A DNA stretch of 64,000 nucleotides from Alphaproteobacteria bacterium (GTDB taxonomy: Bacteria > Pseudomonadota > Alphaproteobacteria > Bin95): contig CBDBGH010000001.1 in NCBI GenBank assembly GCA_965205265.1, forward strand, positions 1-64,000, given 5' to 3'. The position numbers were made by a program, and so were the translations under genes. The notes under the pieces were generated by a model, which saw only the letters and a program-made list of their open reading frames with translations, was not told the DNA's origin and searched no databases. Of this stretch, positions 63,204 to 64,000 are shown one piece after another (within the stretch, counting starts at the first letter, position 1; each line of letters begins with the position of its first letter).

Positions 63204-63896
63204 ATGGAGGATATGATGGAGACCGCCACAGGTCCCATGGGGTCGCAGTTCCACCGCATCGACAGCATACCCCTGGACATGATGGACAGACTGGCCCGCA
63301 TGGACTGGAACCTGGTGGGACGGCGCGTGATGATCGACGCAGCCCAGGGCATCATCTGCTGGATGTCGCCGTCAAGTGTCCATGAAGGTATCGCCAGGGC
63401 GGCGGACCGGGTGGTGGAGATCGCCGGTTCCCTTTCGGGGCAGCTGGTCGTGATCAGGGGAAGCACCCGCTGGAAACGTCCCGGGGATCCGGAGGGCACG
63501 GGTCTGGAGGCGGATGCGTCCTTCTATCTCGGCGGGAACGCCGAGGCGTGGTATGCGGCCAAGAAAGCCGGTAAACAGGCAGTCCTGGATTTCGAGTCCG
63601 CCACACCGCCCGATCTCGTGGTGGAGGTGGAGGTCACCCATCTCGACCAAGGCAAGCCAGCCCGTTACGCGGCCCTGGGTGTTCGCGAGATGTGGCAGGC
63701 GACGGAGAGGGAAGGCGACACGTCGCCTGCCATCCATTTCCTTGACCTCCAGGCGGAGAAGGGACCCACTCCGATGGAAGCCTCAAGGCTCCTGCCGACC
63801 CTGTCGCGGGACCGTCTCTCCGAAGCCCTGCGGATCGCGGAGACTTATCCCCGGATGGAGACGGAGAACCGTCTGAGTGATCTGCTGGACCGGTGA
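63204..63896 (+). CDS. Uma2-family endonuclease paralog
   Basis: Highly similar to 21675-22427, including upstream DNA; stops just before a decayed copy of the shared tail. Confidence 0.86.
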   Translation: MEDMMETATGPMGSQFHRIDSIPLDMMDRLARMDWNLVGRRVMIDAAQGIICWMSPSSVHEGIARAADRVVEIAGSLSGQLVVIRGSTRWKRPGDPEGTGLEADASFYLGGNAEAWYAAKKAGKQAVLDFESATPPDLVVEVEVTHLDQGKPARYAALGVREMWQATEREGDTSPAIHFLDLQAEKGPTPMEASRLLPTLSRDRLSEALRIAETYPRMETENRLSDLLDR

Positions 63897-64000
63897 CCCG
63901 GGACGGGACCGTGGCGCGGGGCGGCCCGCTCACCTTTCGGCTGATCCCTGGCTCCACCGGCCGCCAGATCCGCACGGTCCTTTCGTGGGTGGTCAATGCG

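Overview
This is a GC-rich, plasmid-like or accessory region: a short parA plus a small partner gene are present, and I see no core housekeeping, rRNA or tRNA genes. A Rhodobacteraceae-like alphaproteobacterial host is a guess from gene content only. The main elements are as follows. (1) At 1-3932 there is a bacterial ubiquitination-like operon on the minus strand: ubiquitin-like protein, then an E2-like protein, then a JAB-protease/E1(ThiF) fusion. The fusion is missing from the ORF track because it runs off the window edge. The operon is divergent from an XRE-HTH/ImmA-IrrE metallopeptidase plus PIN pair, and the two share overlapping promoters. (2) There is a dense set of transposon remains: one apparently intact Tn3-family transposon, several Tn3, IS4, IS30, IS66, ISAzo13 and IS1182 relics, and at least three miniature elements. 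The decayed genes show an apparent A:T->G:C mutation pattern. (3) Many toxin-antitoxin and defence-like modules occur (AbiE, ParE, HigBA, VapBC, BrnT, and a glycine-zipper + nuclease pair). (4) A catabolic island spans 41.6-54.6 kb (enolase-superfamily enzyme, sugar-type ABC transporter, sulfatase, acylase, PLP lyase, MlrC peptidase). (5) There are repeated paralog sets (Uma2 nucleases, MNT-HEPN fusions, AAA ATPases), and unrelated genes among them end in the same 3' DNA/peptide tail (RDRGAWRxPSPF[G/D]*). All calls come from reading motifs by eye; no database searches were run.
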